64,000 nt of DNA, from positions 2,144,001 to 2,208,000 of the forward strand of contig CAVVPN010000011.1 in assembly GCA_963750165.1 (NCBI GenBank), written 5' to 3'. Shown in pieces: positions 1 through 9,762 of the stretch. The translations under genes were made by a program, and so were the position numbers. The stretch comes from an uncultured Gemmataceae bacterium. GTDB taxonomy: Bacteria; Planctomycetota; Planctomycetia; Gemmatales; Gemmataceae. The stretch's first letter is position 1, and each line of letters begins with the position of its first letter. The notes beneath the pieces are model-generated. The model searched no databases. It had not been told where the DNA came from and worked only from the letters and a program-made list of their open reading frames with translations.

Positions 1-703
1 GCGACTGGAAGTGCTTACGCAACCCCCCGAAGCCGAGCGCGGACACCTGACGGACAAGCTGCAAGGAGAACTCGTCCTGACCAACACCGCCTTCTGGGAA
101 AACTACCTGCACATGCTGCGTTGCATCGCTGAGGAAGACCCGCAGAACTGGGCCGCGCTGTGGGAAGGGGTTCCCGAGGCGCAGGGGGTGCCACTCGAAA
201 AAGTCATTGCCCACTACCGCAGCTGCTTCGACCCGAGCAAGTTGACGGCGGAAATTGAGAATCTGGAGGCCGAGCACACGGCTCTATACCGCCGCTACGC
301 CGACCTACCGACCCCACGGGCCAGGGAGAAGGCGAAGGCGGAGCTAACCACCCTGGAGGACCGAATCGCCGAACTGGAGCGCCGGCGTGAGGACATCGGC
401 GCGACTGCGACCGCCCAGTGGGCACAGGTTCTGGACTTGGCGAACGCGGTCAAGGAAGCCCGGAGGGCGATGGAGAGCGAGGACGGCGAGCGTGCTTCAC
501 GGCGGAAGGCGGAAGCCCTCCGGGCCATCATCCAGCGGATCGAGTGTACCTTTGAGCCGACGGACCAGAGAGGCGGCGGCCACGGCAAGAAGAACGCACG
601 GTTTGCCAAGGTGACGATCTATCCGATTGTGGGCGATGCCGCTCACTTTCGCATCGAAGCCGATAGCGTATTACGGGCAACCCGGGCCACGTCCCACATG
701 TAA
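1..703 (+). CDS. C-terminal part of a large serine recombinase (5' end outside window)
   Basis: Coiled coil followed by KAEALRAIIQRIECTF, paralleling QATVLREVVTKVEVRF in the recombinase at 13153-14923. The last ~20 codons overlap the TPR gene antisense. Catalytic domain not visible. Confidence 0.65.
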   Translation, partial: RLEVLTQPPEAERGHLTDKLQGELVLTNTAFWENYLHMLRCIAEEDPQNWAALWEGVPEAQGVPLEKVIAHYRSCFDPSKLTAEIENLEAEHTALYRRYADLPTPRAREKAKAELTTLEDRIAELERRREDIGATATAQWAQVLDLANAVKEARRAMESEDGERASRRKAEALRAIIQRIECTFEPTDQRGGGHGKKNARFAKVTIYPIVGDAAHFRIEADSVLRATRATSHM

Positions 704-1497
704 TGATTTATGCGGTGCTCCGCCGCCCGGCTCAGGTGCTCCAGCGCCTTCGCCGCGTCGCCGTTGGCCTCGTGGTACAGGCCGAGGTACAGCTGGGCGT
801 AGAACCGCTGGCTATTGCGCAGCGCCGCGTCCGCTTTGCCGGCCTCCGCCGCCTTGAGCACAGCCGCCGGCTGTGCCTTACCCTGGAACAGCGCGTATAC
901 CTCCATCATCGGCACACGCCGATCCTGGCCGATCTTCAGCAGGGCCGCCCGCGCCTTTTCGACGCCGACCGTCTTCGCCATGCACAGGTAGCGCCAGACG
1001 GCGTTCTCCACGTCGTTCGTGTCCACGCTCTCGTAGCCCTCGAACTGCTTGCGACCGTCCTCGAAGCGGCCCGCGTAGTAATAGGAGATGCCGCGCATCC
1101 AGTGGCCCTTCGCCTCGTCGGGCCGCAGGGCGACGAATTTGTCAAAGTCCTGGATGGATTCCGGGATGTGGCCGAGCTTGAAGTGGACGGCGCCGCGGCG
1201 GTTCCAGAACTGGGCCGCCTTCGGCTCCAGCGTCACCACCTGGGTGAAGTCCGCCAGCGCCCCCTTGAACTGGTCCTGCTCCTCACGGATGAGGCCGCGC
1301 AGGGCATAGGCGCCCGCCTCCTTCGGGTGCTCCTTGACGGCCAACTCGGCGAGACGCAGGGCCTCGTCTTTCTTGCCCGCGTCCTGGGCGGCGCGGGCGG
1401 CCTTGAACAGCTCCTCCAGACTCTTGCCCGACTCTTGCCGGGCGGAGGCGGCCACCATTCCGAGACTCACGGCGACAATCAGGAGCAACCGGCGCAT
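643..1497 (-). CDS. Secreted TPR-repeat protein (NlpI-like)
   Basis: Signal peptide MRRLLLIVAVSLG, several TPR units (AYALRG…, FWNRRG…, HWMRGISYYYAG), and NDVENAVW and YAQLYLGLY motifs. Confidence 0.85.
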   Translation of the reverse strand: MRRLLLIVAVSLGMVAASARQESGKSLEELFKAARAAQDAGKKDEALRLAELAVKEHPKEAGAYALRGLIREEQDQFKGALADFTQVVTLEPKAAQFWNRRGAVHFKLGHIPESIQDFDKFVALRPDEAKGHWMRGISYYYAGRFEDGRKQFEGYESVDTNDVENAVWRYLCMAKTVGVEKARAALLKIGQDRRVPMMEVYALFQGKAQPAAVLKAAEAGKADAALRNSQRFYAQLYLGLYHEANGDAAKALEHLSRAAEHRINHYMWDVARVARNTLSASMRK

Positions 1498-1616
1498 GAC
1501 GACCTCCCCGGGAAGGTGCCGGCGGCCGTTGCCCGTGCGCAGACAACGGCCGTCGGCCTTTTCGGATGAGGTTAGGGAAACGGACGCCAGCCGGACAGGC
1601 GGCGGCGCGCGAGCAG

Positions 1617-2036
1617 TTACCGGGGTGGGACGTAGTAGATGATACGCTTGGTGGTTGTGGTCGTGGTGGTCTTCGTCCCGGAGGAGCCGTTGAGGCCGTA
1701 AGACACGTTGGTGCCGCTGACCCCTTCGGGGGCGCCGCCGGCCCCGCGCGAGACGGTCTTGATGATGGCTTCGCCGGGCGGCGCCTGTTCGACCTTCCTG
1801 GCGACGGCCACCGGCGCGTGCCTGGGCTTGACCACGGGCTTCGGCTCAGGCCTTTGCTCGGGCTTCGGCTCGGGGGCCACGATCTTGGCCTCGTCGCGGT
1901 CCAGGCCCTGGTTGGTGTCAGGCGTCTTGCGGTTGGCCAGGCCGAGGAACGGCAGCGCCACCGCGGCGGACGCGACCGCCAGCACGAGAAAAATCACGAC
2001 CATGCGCTTGCTCGAATCCGGCTGCTTGTTTTCCAT
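1617..2036 (-). CDS. Hypothetical single-TM protein, paralog of 2217-2621
   Basis: GGAGG RBS, N-terminal hydrophobic helix, Pro-rich linker, C-terminal GEAIIKTVSR…GTNVSYG…YVPPR. Confidence 0.6.
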   Translation of the reverse strand: MENKQPDSSKRMVVIFLVLAVASAAVALPFLGLANRKTPDTNQGLDRDEAKIVAPEPKPEQRPEPKPVVKPRHAPVAVARKVEQAPPGEAIIKTVSRGAGGAPEGVSGTNVSYGLNGSSGTKTTTTTTTKRIIYYVPPR

Positions 2037-2216
2037 GTTGCCTCCTGGAGGACGGCGCCGCTCGCCCTGCCTCAACCCTGGTCCGCAAGAAGACGAGTCG
2101 TTCGCCGGTCAGATCGTCATTGACGCGCGTGAACTCTAGCTCGCGAGCGGCATGGAGGCAAACGAACCGGGCGGAACCGCCGCCGCCGGCACGCGGCCAG
2201 CGGCGGCGGGGCGGAG

Positions 2217-2621
2217 TTATCGGGGGGCGTAGACCGTCGCGTAATTGTTGCCCCATCCCCAGGTGCCCCAGGCCGGATTGGGCACGCCGTACGAAATCTT
2301 GGTGCCGCGCGGGAGTTCGGGCGCCGTCGCCGGCGGGCGGGACACGACTTTCACGATGGGCTCCCCGGGAGGCAGCGGGTCCGCGTGCCGGGTGGCGACG
2401 ACCGGATGATGTACATGCCGGGCCGCGGGTTTGGCTGCCGGCTGCGCTTCCGGGACGACGGCCTTGGCCTCGGTGGGGCCGGGTTGCGAGTTGGCCTGGG
2501 GCGTCGGGTTTTTGTGATGGACGAGGTAGAAGAGGCCTCCTCCGACCACCCCGGTCAACAGGACCGTGGCAAGGAGCAGACTGATGGTGTCCTTGCCGGT
2601 TGAAGATTGGAAGTTCCCCAT
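2217..2621 (-). CDS. Hypothetical single-TM protein, paralog of 1617-2036
   Basis: GGAGG RBS, TM helix, C-terminal GEPIVKVVSR…GTKISYG…VYAPR. Confidence 0.6.
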   Translation of the reverse strand: MGNFQSSTGKDTISLLLATVLLTGVVGGGLFYLVHHKNPTPQANSQPGPTEAKAVVPEAQPAAKPAARHVHHPVVATRHADPLPPGEPIVKVVSRPPATAPELPRGTKISYGVPNPAWGTWGWGNNYATVYAPR

Positions 2622-2901
2622 GTTCCCTCCTGTGCGAGTGTGCGAGCGCGCGGCGACATTGGTTGGTTACACCGTGGGCGTCGAGAAGACCTCGCGCCCG
2701 ATAGATAGAGTTTGTGGCACGTCAACTCTAGTTTACAAACGCGGCAGAAGCAAACCGTCGAGGTGCGATTGCGAAGAAGGGGGGTGATTGGTAGCCTTGG
2801 GAGGCGAAGTCCGCGCCCGATGGTTGCGGGTGTGCCGCTTGTCCGGCTCGGCAGTCGTGACGGTTGGTTGCATTGCCGCTCCCTCGGGCAGTCGAGATGG
2901 T

Positions 2902-3163
2902 TCACGAGCCGACGGCCCGCTCGAAGCAAAACGCGAGCAGCAGTTCATACTCGCGCCGCTGCACGCGCCGGCACAGGTCATGGCACGGCGCCGCCTCCTC
3001 ATAGGACGCCTCGCACAAATCCACAAACGCCAGTGCATCCCAGGCCGCCTGCCGCACCAGGAACGCGGCCGGCGGCGGCGCGTCCGCCGCGAGTTGTGCC
3101 GCCTCCGTCCGCAGCGGCTCGAACACTGGATGCTTGCCGACGCGCCGGAACCAGTATTTGCTG
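2902..3163 (-). pseudogene. 3' half of a conserved hypothetical gene interrupted by the integrated element
   Basis: Encodes (N)SKYWFRRVGKHPVF…WDALAFVDLCE…EYELLLAFC, which continues …HRREPDFW from 15146-14848 in frame (561 nt total). Confidence 0.9.
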
Positions 3164-3685
3164 TTCCCCGAATGAACAAGCGGGGTACGCCGTTCAAGTG
3201 CCCCTCGCCCTTGCCTAGAATAGTGATTGCCCCCTTGGCCGACGCTGCCGTTTCCATCGCCCACGTCGCGTTCTGCCGCGTCCGGGCGGGGGAACTCGGC
3301 CCCGGATACGGCGGGCGGCACGGGCGGTTCCTGGGGCAAAGCGGTAAGATAGAGGCAGCGGGACGCCGGGCCTCATGAACCCGGCCGGCCCTGCCTGGCG
3401 TCGTGGCCGTCTCCTGGACGCGGCAACTGGGCAGGGCACCTCCCGCATTCCAGGAGACAATGACATGTCCGACACACCCACCGCGGCCAGCGCCTGTGCC
3501 CGCGTTCCCTCGCTGAATGGCACGCCGAACTGACGTTCAAGCGCGAAACACTGGTTGCGAACATCAAGGCCGCGGATTCCGGTCTGCGCGGCGGGAGGGG
3601 CAACCAGGGGATACAACTCGACACCTTCCAGAAGTGCGTTGCCTGGCTCGCATGGCCGACGCAAGGGGGCATTGTTGATCGTTAT

Positions 3686-4213
3686 ATGCTCCCCCGGTTG
3701 CGGGATACGCTACTGCAATTGTGCATGGAACACAACCTCGACCTGCCCTCTTGGCACGGCGAACCGCAAGACGACATGACCGCCCTGCAAATGGTCAACG
3801 GTTGCCTGGCAGCAATCGAGCGCGCTATTGGACGCACGCAGCCCGACACGTCCGTTGCAGTGAAGGCGGTATCGACCGCCAGCGAGCAACCACGCAAGTT
3901 ACTCACTGGCTGGCTGGAGATCGCCGCCGCCCTGGATATGAAATACGCGGACTGCGACAAGATCAAGAGCCTGAACAAACGATTTGAGGGGCCTATTGGT
4001 AACAGCGGCAAGGGCACAAGCCCGATGGTCTACCGCGATGTCCTCATCCAGTGGTGGAATCGGCTGGCAATCCAGGAAGAGGAACTGGCCAACCAGCGCG
4101 AGGGTGCCAGGCTCACCGCGGAAGCCCAACACTCCTACGGCAAGAGCGGCACGGCGGCCCCGGAAATCAACGGCGAAGTGAAGAAACGGCGTAGCGACCG
4201 GAAACCTACCTAA
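3686..4213 (+). CDS. Putative DNA-binding regulator (C-terminal HTH-like)
   Basis: LTGWLEIAAAL…PMVYRDVLIQWW resembles excisionase/MerR-like HTH. The frame is open back to ~3464 and an RBS/ATG sits at 3465 in another frame, so the gene may be longer with a frameshift. Confidence 0.5.
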   Translation: MLPRLRDTLLQLCMEHNLDLPSWHGEPQDDMTALQMVNGCLAAIERAIGRTQPDTSVAVKAVSTASEQPRKLLTGWLEIAAALDMKYADCDKIKSLNKRFEGPIGNSGKGTSPMVYRDVLIQWWNRLAIQEEELANQREGARLTAEAQHSYGKSGTAAPEINGEVKKRRSDRKPT

Positions 4214-4237
4214 ACCTCCCGGAACCTGCTAAAACCT
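4203..4237 (+). promoter_or_regulatory. Four AACCT direct repeats at exact 10-bp period
   Basis: AACCT starts at 4203, 4213, 4223 and 4233, upstream of the 4284 operon. Confidence 0.6.
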
Positions 4238-4283
4238 CTCTGTGCCGCGATCCTCCCCATGAATTTGTGAGGAGGACGCGGCT

Positions 4284-4475
4284 ATGTTTCTTTCCCCCGA
4301 AGAACTCGACAGGCGCATGGGGTGGAGGCCCGGCCGGGCCGAGCAACTGGCCCGCCAGCGACGACTGCCCTATATGTTGCTCCCAGATGGATCAATTCGG
4401 TTCGACTGGACCGAGATTGAACCGCTCATTGTTCGCATACCGGCTGTCCTCAATTTAGAGAGGGGGACGCCGTGA
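4284..4475 (+). CDS. Small excisionase-like HTH protein
   Basis: 63 aa, GAGGAGG RBS, LSPEEL…LARQRRLPYMLLPDGSIRFD pattern of HTH_17/Xis proteins. Confidence 0.7.
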   Translation: MFLSPEELDRRMGWRPGRAEQLARQRRLPYMLLPDGSIRFDWTEIEPLIVRIPAVLNLERGTP

Positions 4476-4747
4476 ATGAACCCCTCGACTCGCTGCACGT
4501 CCCGCCGATCCCCCTGCTGCCCGTGGCGGTGGTGGAGGACACCACTGCCCGACCCGGCAACCTCACGACTGCGCTGGCGTCGCTGGTCCTGAGCCGAGCG
4601 CGCGAGCACTCTGCGCCACGGCGAGCGGGCCGAGCCGGTAGGCGAGGCCGACGACCGCTGAAGCAAATAACGGCCGCAGCGTCGGGGCGGGTACGCCACG
4701 GCCGTCCTAACACACTACCCGCATTCTACCCCAGAAAGGGGTGCCGT

Positions 4748-4978
4748 ATGAAGTTGCGTAGCAAAAACGGAGACAGATCGCGCCTGCCTTTTGGCCGCTA
4801 CAGAGGACTTCCACTTTCCAAGGTGCCGCGGGAATACCTGATGTGGGTGTTACGGGCGGTCAAGTTGTCCGAGGATCTGCGTGTCGCCGTGTCCGAGGCT
4901 TTGGCATGTCGGGATATGTTCCCGCCCCTGCCGCCCGATACCCGTGTCGTGAGGGAGGGCCGGCACCATGCCATCTAG
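4748..4978 (+). CDS. Small DUF3820-like protein
   Basis: LPFGRYRGLPLSKVPREYLMW motif. The frame is also open from 4472. Confidence 0.65.
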   Translation: MKLRSKNGDRSRLPFGRYRGLPLSKVPREYLMWVLRAVKLSEDLRVAVSEALACRDMFPPLPPDTRVVREGRHHAI

Positions 4979-7082
4979 CCCACACACCGCCACCGTCAAG
5001 GCGGCAGCGCGTCTCCGTAGTCTTGGATTCGGTATCTGCCGAATACTGGCCAAGGAGAAAACCCCGAACTACAAGGGCTGGACGCGGGCCAGTTTGGAGG
5101 ATGGCGACTTCGAGCAGTTCCGCTGCGCGAACATTGGCATCCTCGGCGGTGCCATCAGCGGCAACCTCGTCATCGTGGACCCCGACCGGCCCGATGTCCG
5201 AGCGGAGGCCGTCAAGCGTCTGCCACGTACCATGACGGACGGGCGACCGTCGAGTGGTCCGGGGCACCTCTACTACCGCGTTACTGACGTTCCGGCGTGG
5301 GCGACCGCCGGCACCCAGGTTGCGGGTGGCATCGGCGGGCCAAGGATTTTTCACTTCGCCGATGGCAATGGACTTCCGATAGGACTGGACTTCCTGGGGA
5401 CGGGCGCGAAGGCGGTTTGCCCGCCGTCTCTCCACCATTCCGGCGAGCGCCGTTGCTGGTTTGTCGAGCCAGAACACATCGTCACCCTTCCCTACCTCGA
5501 CCTGTGGGCCTTCGTCAAGCAGCTTGCAAAGGACTTCGGTGCCGCCAACGCCGACCGGGAATGTGCGCGTCCAACTGTTGCCGTGACAGGCGAGCGGCGG
5601 ATTTTTTGCGACGCAGTAGGGACGCACATCGTCAAGCGTGCCATCGCCTACCTGGCGGCATGTCCGCCGGCCATCAGTGGGCAAGGTGGGCACAATTGCA
5701 CGTTTGCGGTCGCGAGGGCCATCGTGTGGGGCTTCGACCTCGGTGCCGATGCCGGTTTCGATTTGTTGCAACAGTTCTACAACCCGCGCTGCGATCCACC
5801 GTGGTCTGATGCCGAATTGATGCACAAGTGCGAGGACGCCAACTGCACAAAGTTCGATAAGCCTCGGGGGTACTTGCTGGACGCGCCGTCTCAAGTGTTG
5901 AGTGTTGATTCAACAGGTCAACAGGACGGGGCGTTGCAAGGTCCGGGCGACGACACGTTGGACTGCCCAGAACTGGCCCGCGACCCGAGTCCGCTGCTGA
6001 CCATCGGCAACGACCTCGCTGCCATCGGCATCGTTGACGAATCGGACAGCGCGAAGCTCGTTTACCTAGCCTACACCTCTCGGGTGCTGGAAGACCCAGC
6101 AGCAATCGTAGCTCGCGGCGTCAGGGGGACCGGCAAGTCAGTCCTGCTGACAAAGACGGCGACGCTGTTTCCCCCCGAGGTCAAGATTGAGGCGATGCAG
6201 ATGACCAACGCGGCGTGGTTCAACACGCCGGATGATTTCTTCAAGCACAAGGTCTTCATCAGCGGCGAGCGCAAGCACTCAACGACCGAAGAAGCGAAGG
6301 ACGCCGGCGCTTGCCTCCGGCAACTCCTGAGCGAGAAGCGAGTCAACCGCGGCGTGTCCGTCTACGACAAGGAGTCGAAAGCCTGGTCAACGGTATGGGT
6401 CGAGAAGGCCGGCCCGGTTGCCTATGCGGAGAGTACCACTGCCCGGTCAATCTTCGAGGAAGACCTTGACCGGATGCTTCAGATCTACACTGACAACTCG
6501 GAGGAGCATAAGAGGAACGTCCTGGACGCTATTGGTAGCAAGTACGAACCCGACTGTGTGCGGCCAGACCTCGATGCCATCATCAAACGGCACCATACCT
6601 TCCAGCTTTGGTTGCAGAAGTTCGCGCCTATCCGTGTTGGGGTTCCCTACCACCGGGCGGTTACGTTGATGCTTCCCGTAGACGGGGCAAGCGTGTTTCG
6701 CACGACACAACTACTCTTCACGATCATTCAGACGGTTGCTCTGCTTCACCGTCAGCAGCGCGAAGAGAGGAATGGTTATCTCATCGCAACCCTGGATGAC
6801 TACGCCGTTGCTCGACAACTACTGATACCACCACTGAGCACGGCTATCGGTATTGGCGAGTGGCACGGAGGCGCGGAGAAACTGAGGAAGGTGACGAAGC
6901 CGGGCGAGGAGTTCACGACGCCGCAGGTGAAACAGGCTCTTGGATTCGGGCACGACATGGGGCCAAGCAGGCTCCTCAACGGTCTGGTCGAAGCCGGCAT
7001 GATCGTGCGAACGCGAGAGCAGAGCGGGCGGACACCAGCTACGTACAAATGGGTAGATGGCGCGCTGCGCGGTTGCTGGTGA
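4968..7082 (+). CDS. Bifunctional primase/polymerase fused to a P-loop ATPase/helicase-like domain
   Basis: NIGIL…IVDPD, GHLYYR and CPPSLH prim-pol motifs; AISGQGGHN…NPRCDPPWS primase C-terminal motif; Walker A GVRGTGKS. Confidence 0.88.
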   Translation: MPSSPHTATVKAAARLRSLGFGICRILAKEKTPNYKGWTRASLEDGDFEQFRCANIGILGGAISGNLVIVDPDRPDVRAEAVKRLPRTMTDGRPSSGPGHLYYRVTDVPAWATAGTQVAGGIGGPRIFHFADGNGLPIGLDFLGTGAKAVCPPSLHHSGERRCWFVEPEHIVTLPYLDLWAFVKQLAKDFGAANADRECARPTVAVTGERRIFCDAVGTHIVKRAIAYLAACPPAISGQGGHNCTFAVARAIVWGFDLGADAGFDLLQQFYNPRCDPPWSDAELMHKCEDANCTKFDKPRGYLLDAPSQVLSVDSTGQQDGALQGPGDDTLDCPELARDPSPLLTIGNDLAAIGIVDESDSAKLVYLAYTSRVLEDPAAIVARGVRGTGKSVLLTKTATLFPPEVKIEAMQMTNAAWFNTPDDFFKHKVFISGERKHSTTEEAKDAGACLRQLLSEKRVNRGVSVYDKESKAWSTVWVEKAGPVAYAESTTARSIFEEDLDRMLQIYTDNSEEHKRNVLDAIGSKYEPDCVRPDLDAIIKRHHTFQLWLQKFAPIRVGVPYHRAVTLMLPVDGASVFRTTQLLFTIIQTVALLHRQQREERNGYLIATLDDYAVARQLLIPPLSTAIGIGEWHGGAEKLRKVTKPGEEFTTPQVKQALGFGHDMGPSRLLNGLVEAGMIVRTREQSGRTPATYKWVDGALRGCW

Positions 7083-7130
7083 TACCGACGGTTGAGGAAG
7101 TGGAAATGGCCGAGGCTGAGCTGCGATCAA

Positions 7131-7311
7131 CCTAACAGCCTAACTTAGCTAACAAGGGGTGCCTTTGCCTAACTAACTAACAGGGGGTATATACCCCTGG
7201 CACATGAGGGATGAGTTACCTAACAACCTAACTTGTCAAACAACCTAACAAGATCACTGGTGACGTTCTCCCTGAAGGGGATGGGGTATGTCCCCCTTGT
7301 TAGTTAGTTAG
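7131..7311. repeat. AT-enriched CTAAC repeat region with a 29-bp inverted repeat, candidate replication origin
   Basis: About 9 CTAAC on + and 3 on -. 7169-7197 and 7283-7311 are near-perfect inverted copies. Lies directly after the prim-pol gene. Confidence 0.7.
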
Positions 7312-7820
7312 ACAATTCGCTCCGGAGGACTACCACCGGGCACCGCGACGGTTGCGCGAGTTGATGGGGCAATGCTCATGCAACCTTGCTGGCCTGTTGA
7401 GGAAGTAACCGTAACACCCTGACCTGGGCCGGGCGGTCAGAGACGAGTACCTTAAAGCAACAACGAAAAGGGGCGGACTGGCCCCCATGCCCCAACCGCT
7501 TTCCCGCCGGGAGCGGCGGTATGGTATCCTAACTGGTGCTGGAAACCGATTGACGTTGTGAGAATGACAGCAAGGTAGCTCGCCGGTCAGGTCATGCCAG
7601 CGTCCAGGACGACCAATCCCGGACGCCAAGAGTGCAAGACTTTCCAGCAATCTTGCGGATTGAAGGCGTGAAACCAACCGTGCGTAGGGAGCCGCGCGAA
7701 GGAACTAGCCCCCGGTGCGCCCGAGGGGGGTCACAATACGCGGGAACATGCCGGGGGGAGAGTGGAACGCCCCCTACCCTGCGGTCAGGGCACGAGGACG
7801 GCCAGCTCGTCGTCGCCAAG

Positions 7821-9649
7821 TTACTTGCTGGGCGAGAAAACCAACACCTCCACGGTATTCAGGAAGGGCACGGTGCCTCCTCCGCCGATGGCATAGATGC
7901 GACCATCGCGACCTGTAGTCGCCGCCAGTTGACCACGCACGGTAGGCATGTTTGCGACGGGAGTCCACTTGTTGGTGCTCGGGTCGTAGGCTTCCACAGG
8001 GTTGAGATTTTCGCCTTCGGGATGTCCTCGAATGGCGTAGATTCGGCCATCCGGACCCATTGCGGCTGCAAGCGCATTACGCGCTGTTGGCATGTTGGCA
8101 ACGGTAGTCCAAGTGTTAGTTTCGGTGTCATAGGCTTCCACAGTTTTGAGACGCTTGCTGTTGATCCCGCCGATAGCAAAGATGCGACCATCCGGCCCCG
8201 TTGCGGCTGCGAGGTAGACACGGACTGTGGGCATACTTGCGACAGTAGTCCAGGTGTTTGTGCTCGGGTCGTAGGCTTCCACGGTATTAAGAGGCACCCC
8301 GCGTTGACCAGTTCCGCCAATGGCGTAGATTCGACCATCGGGGCCGGTGACGGCTGCCAGCCCATGACGCGCGGTCGGCATGGGGGCGACCGCGATCCAC
8401 ATGTTGGTACTTGGGTTGTAGGCTTCTACGATATTCGCGCCGCCAACGCCACCGATGGCATAGATGAGATTATTCGGACCTAATGTGGCGGCCAGGTGAT
8501 TGCGAGCGGTGGGCATGGGGGCCGCTTTGGTCCACTTGTTGGTATTTGGGTAGTAAACCTCGACGGTGTCGAGGCGGCCGCTGGCGTCCTCTCCGCCGAA
8601 GGCGTAGATGCGACCATCCGCCCCCGTTACCGCAGCCAGCAAGATACGCGCGGTAGGCATGTTGGCCAGACTTTTCCAGGTGGCCGGCTGAATTCCTTCA
8701 GTTTTTTTATCAAGGATGTTTTTTATCGATTCCTTGCCCGGCGCAATCTTGTCCGTTCCCACAGCGGGCTTGTCCTTCTTCCTGTCCGGGTCAGTGTCCT
8801 TCGGCCTGTCGTCGCCGCGCGGACCCTTCGCGGCCACCGGGGGGCCGTCCGGCGTCTTCGGCTCCGACCTATTGCGGACGACGAGGACGACCACGACCAC
8901 CAGCGCGACGGCCGCGGCGCCCCCGCCAGCCAGACCCATCCCGGTACGCCCGGACGCGACGGCCGGCGCCTCTCCAGGATCGGCTCCTCTTCGGGGGGAA
9001 GGGGCACGGAGAGGATCGTGCCCCGGGGAGGCGGTGGAATCTGGATGCGCTGCCCGCACTTGGGGCAGTTTAGTTTCTGGCCTGCAATCCGAGCGGGCAC
9101 CGTCATCGCGGTCTTGCACACCGGACACGCGAAACGAATCGGAGTCGCCCCCGATGCTCGCGGCCCCGCCGGCATCGGCGACAGCGGTCTGTCGGCGACC
9201 GGCGGCGAGTTCAATTCGCCCGGCTAGAAGCGCGGCAGGTCGGGCGGCAAAAACGGCAGCAGATTCTCGGCGCTGCTCAAGCGCAGGTCGGGCGGCACGG
9301 TTCGGCCTTCGGGGTCGGTCGGCCGGTACAGGGTATGGCGAACCTGGACCTGCACCTGGATCAAGTAGGTAGTCAACTTCCGCTTGACCGCGGCAGGCTG
9401 TCCGGCGGCCTCATCCTGGATGGCGGCCTGCACCGCTGCCTCGACCCGCTCCGCCGTGGCATGGGCCAGCGCCTGGAGTTCTTCGCGCGGGTCCGCTTCA
9501 GCCGGATTCTGCTTCTTCCACCGCTCCCAGACATCGGCACCGAACTCAACAACCTCGATCAGCGCACCGCCACCGGGTACGAGAGCGACGAGGAATTTGC
9601 CGATGCGGTTGACGGCAGCCTCGACACAACAATTCAGCAGGGGGAACAT
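7821..9649 (-). pseudogene. Multi-domain membrane protein: helical N-domain, Zn ribbon, TM, six Kelch repeats; broken by an in-frame TAG (9224-9226) and a frameshift near 8925
   Basis: …LPRF*PGELNSPP continues in frame to CPVC…CPKC. A shift in a G run leads to TM AAAVALVVVVVLVV and repeated GPDGRIYAIGG…VEAYDP…W…MPT Kelch units. Confidence 0.75.
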
Positions 9650-9762
9650 GGGTCACTCCGCGCAGGCTCGAGGGCGCGTTCTCCGTGATCCGAGGAAGTA
9701 GGTGCCTCACGAGGTACACACCGATTGAAAGCTGCGGATGGCGCATAGGCCGCTAAGTTGCC

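Noticed and set aside
3168..3339. Element-supplied new N-terminus for the 3' half gene (ORF 2902-3339)
   Set aside because: TTG start without a clear RBS, and open frames of this length are common at this GC content
7131..7311. CTAAC repeats as telomere-like or CRISPR sequence
   Set aside because: Short, internal, irregularly spaced and adjacent to prim-pol; better explained as origin iterons
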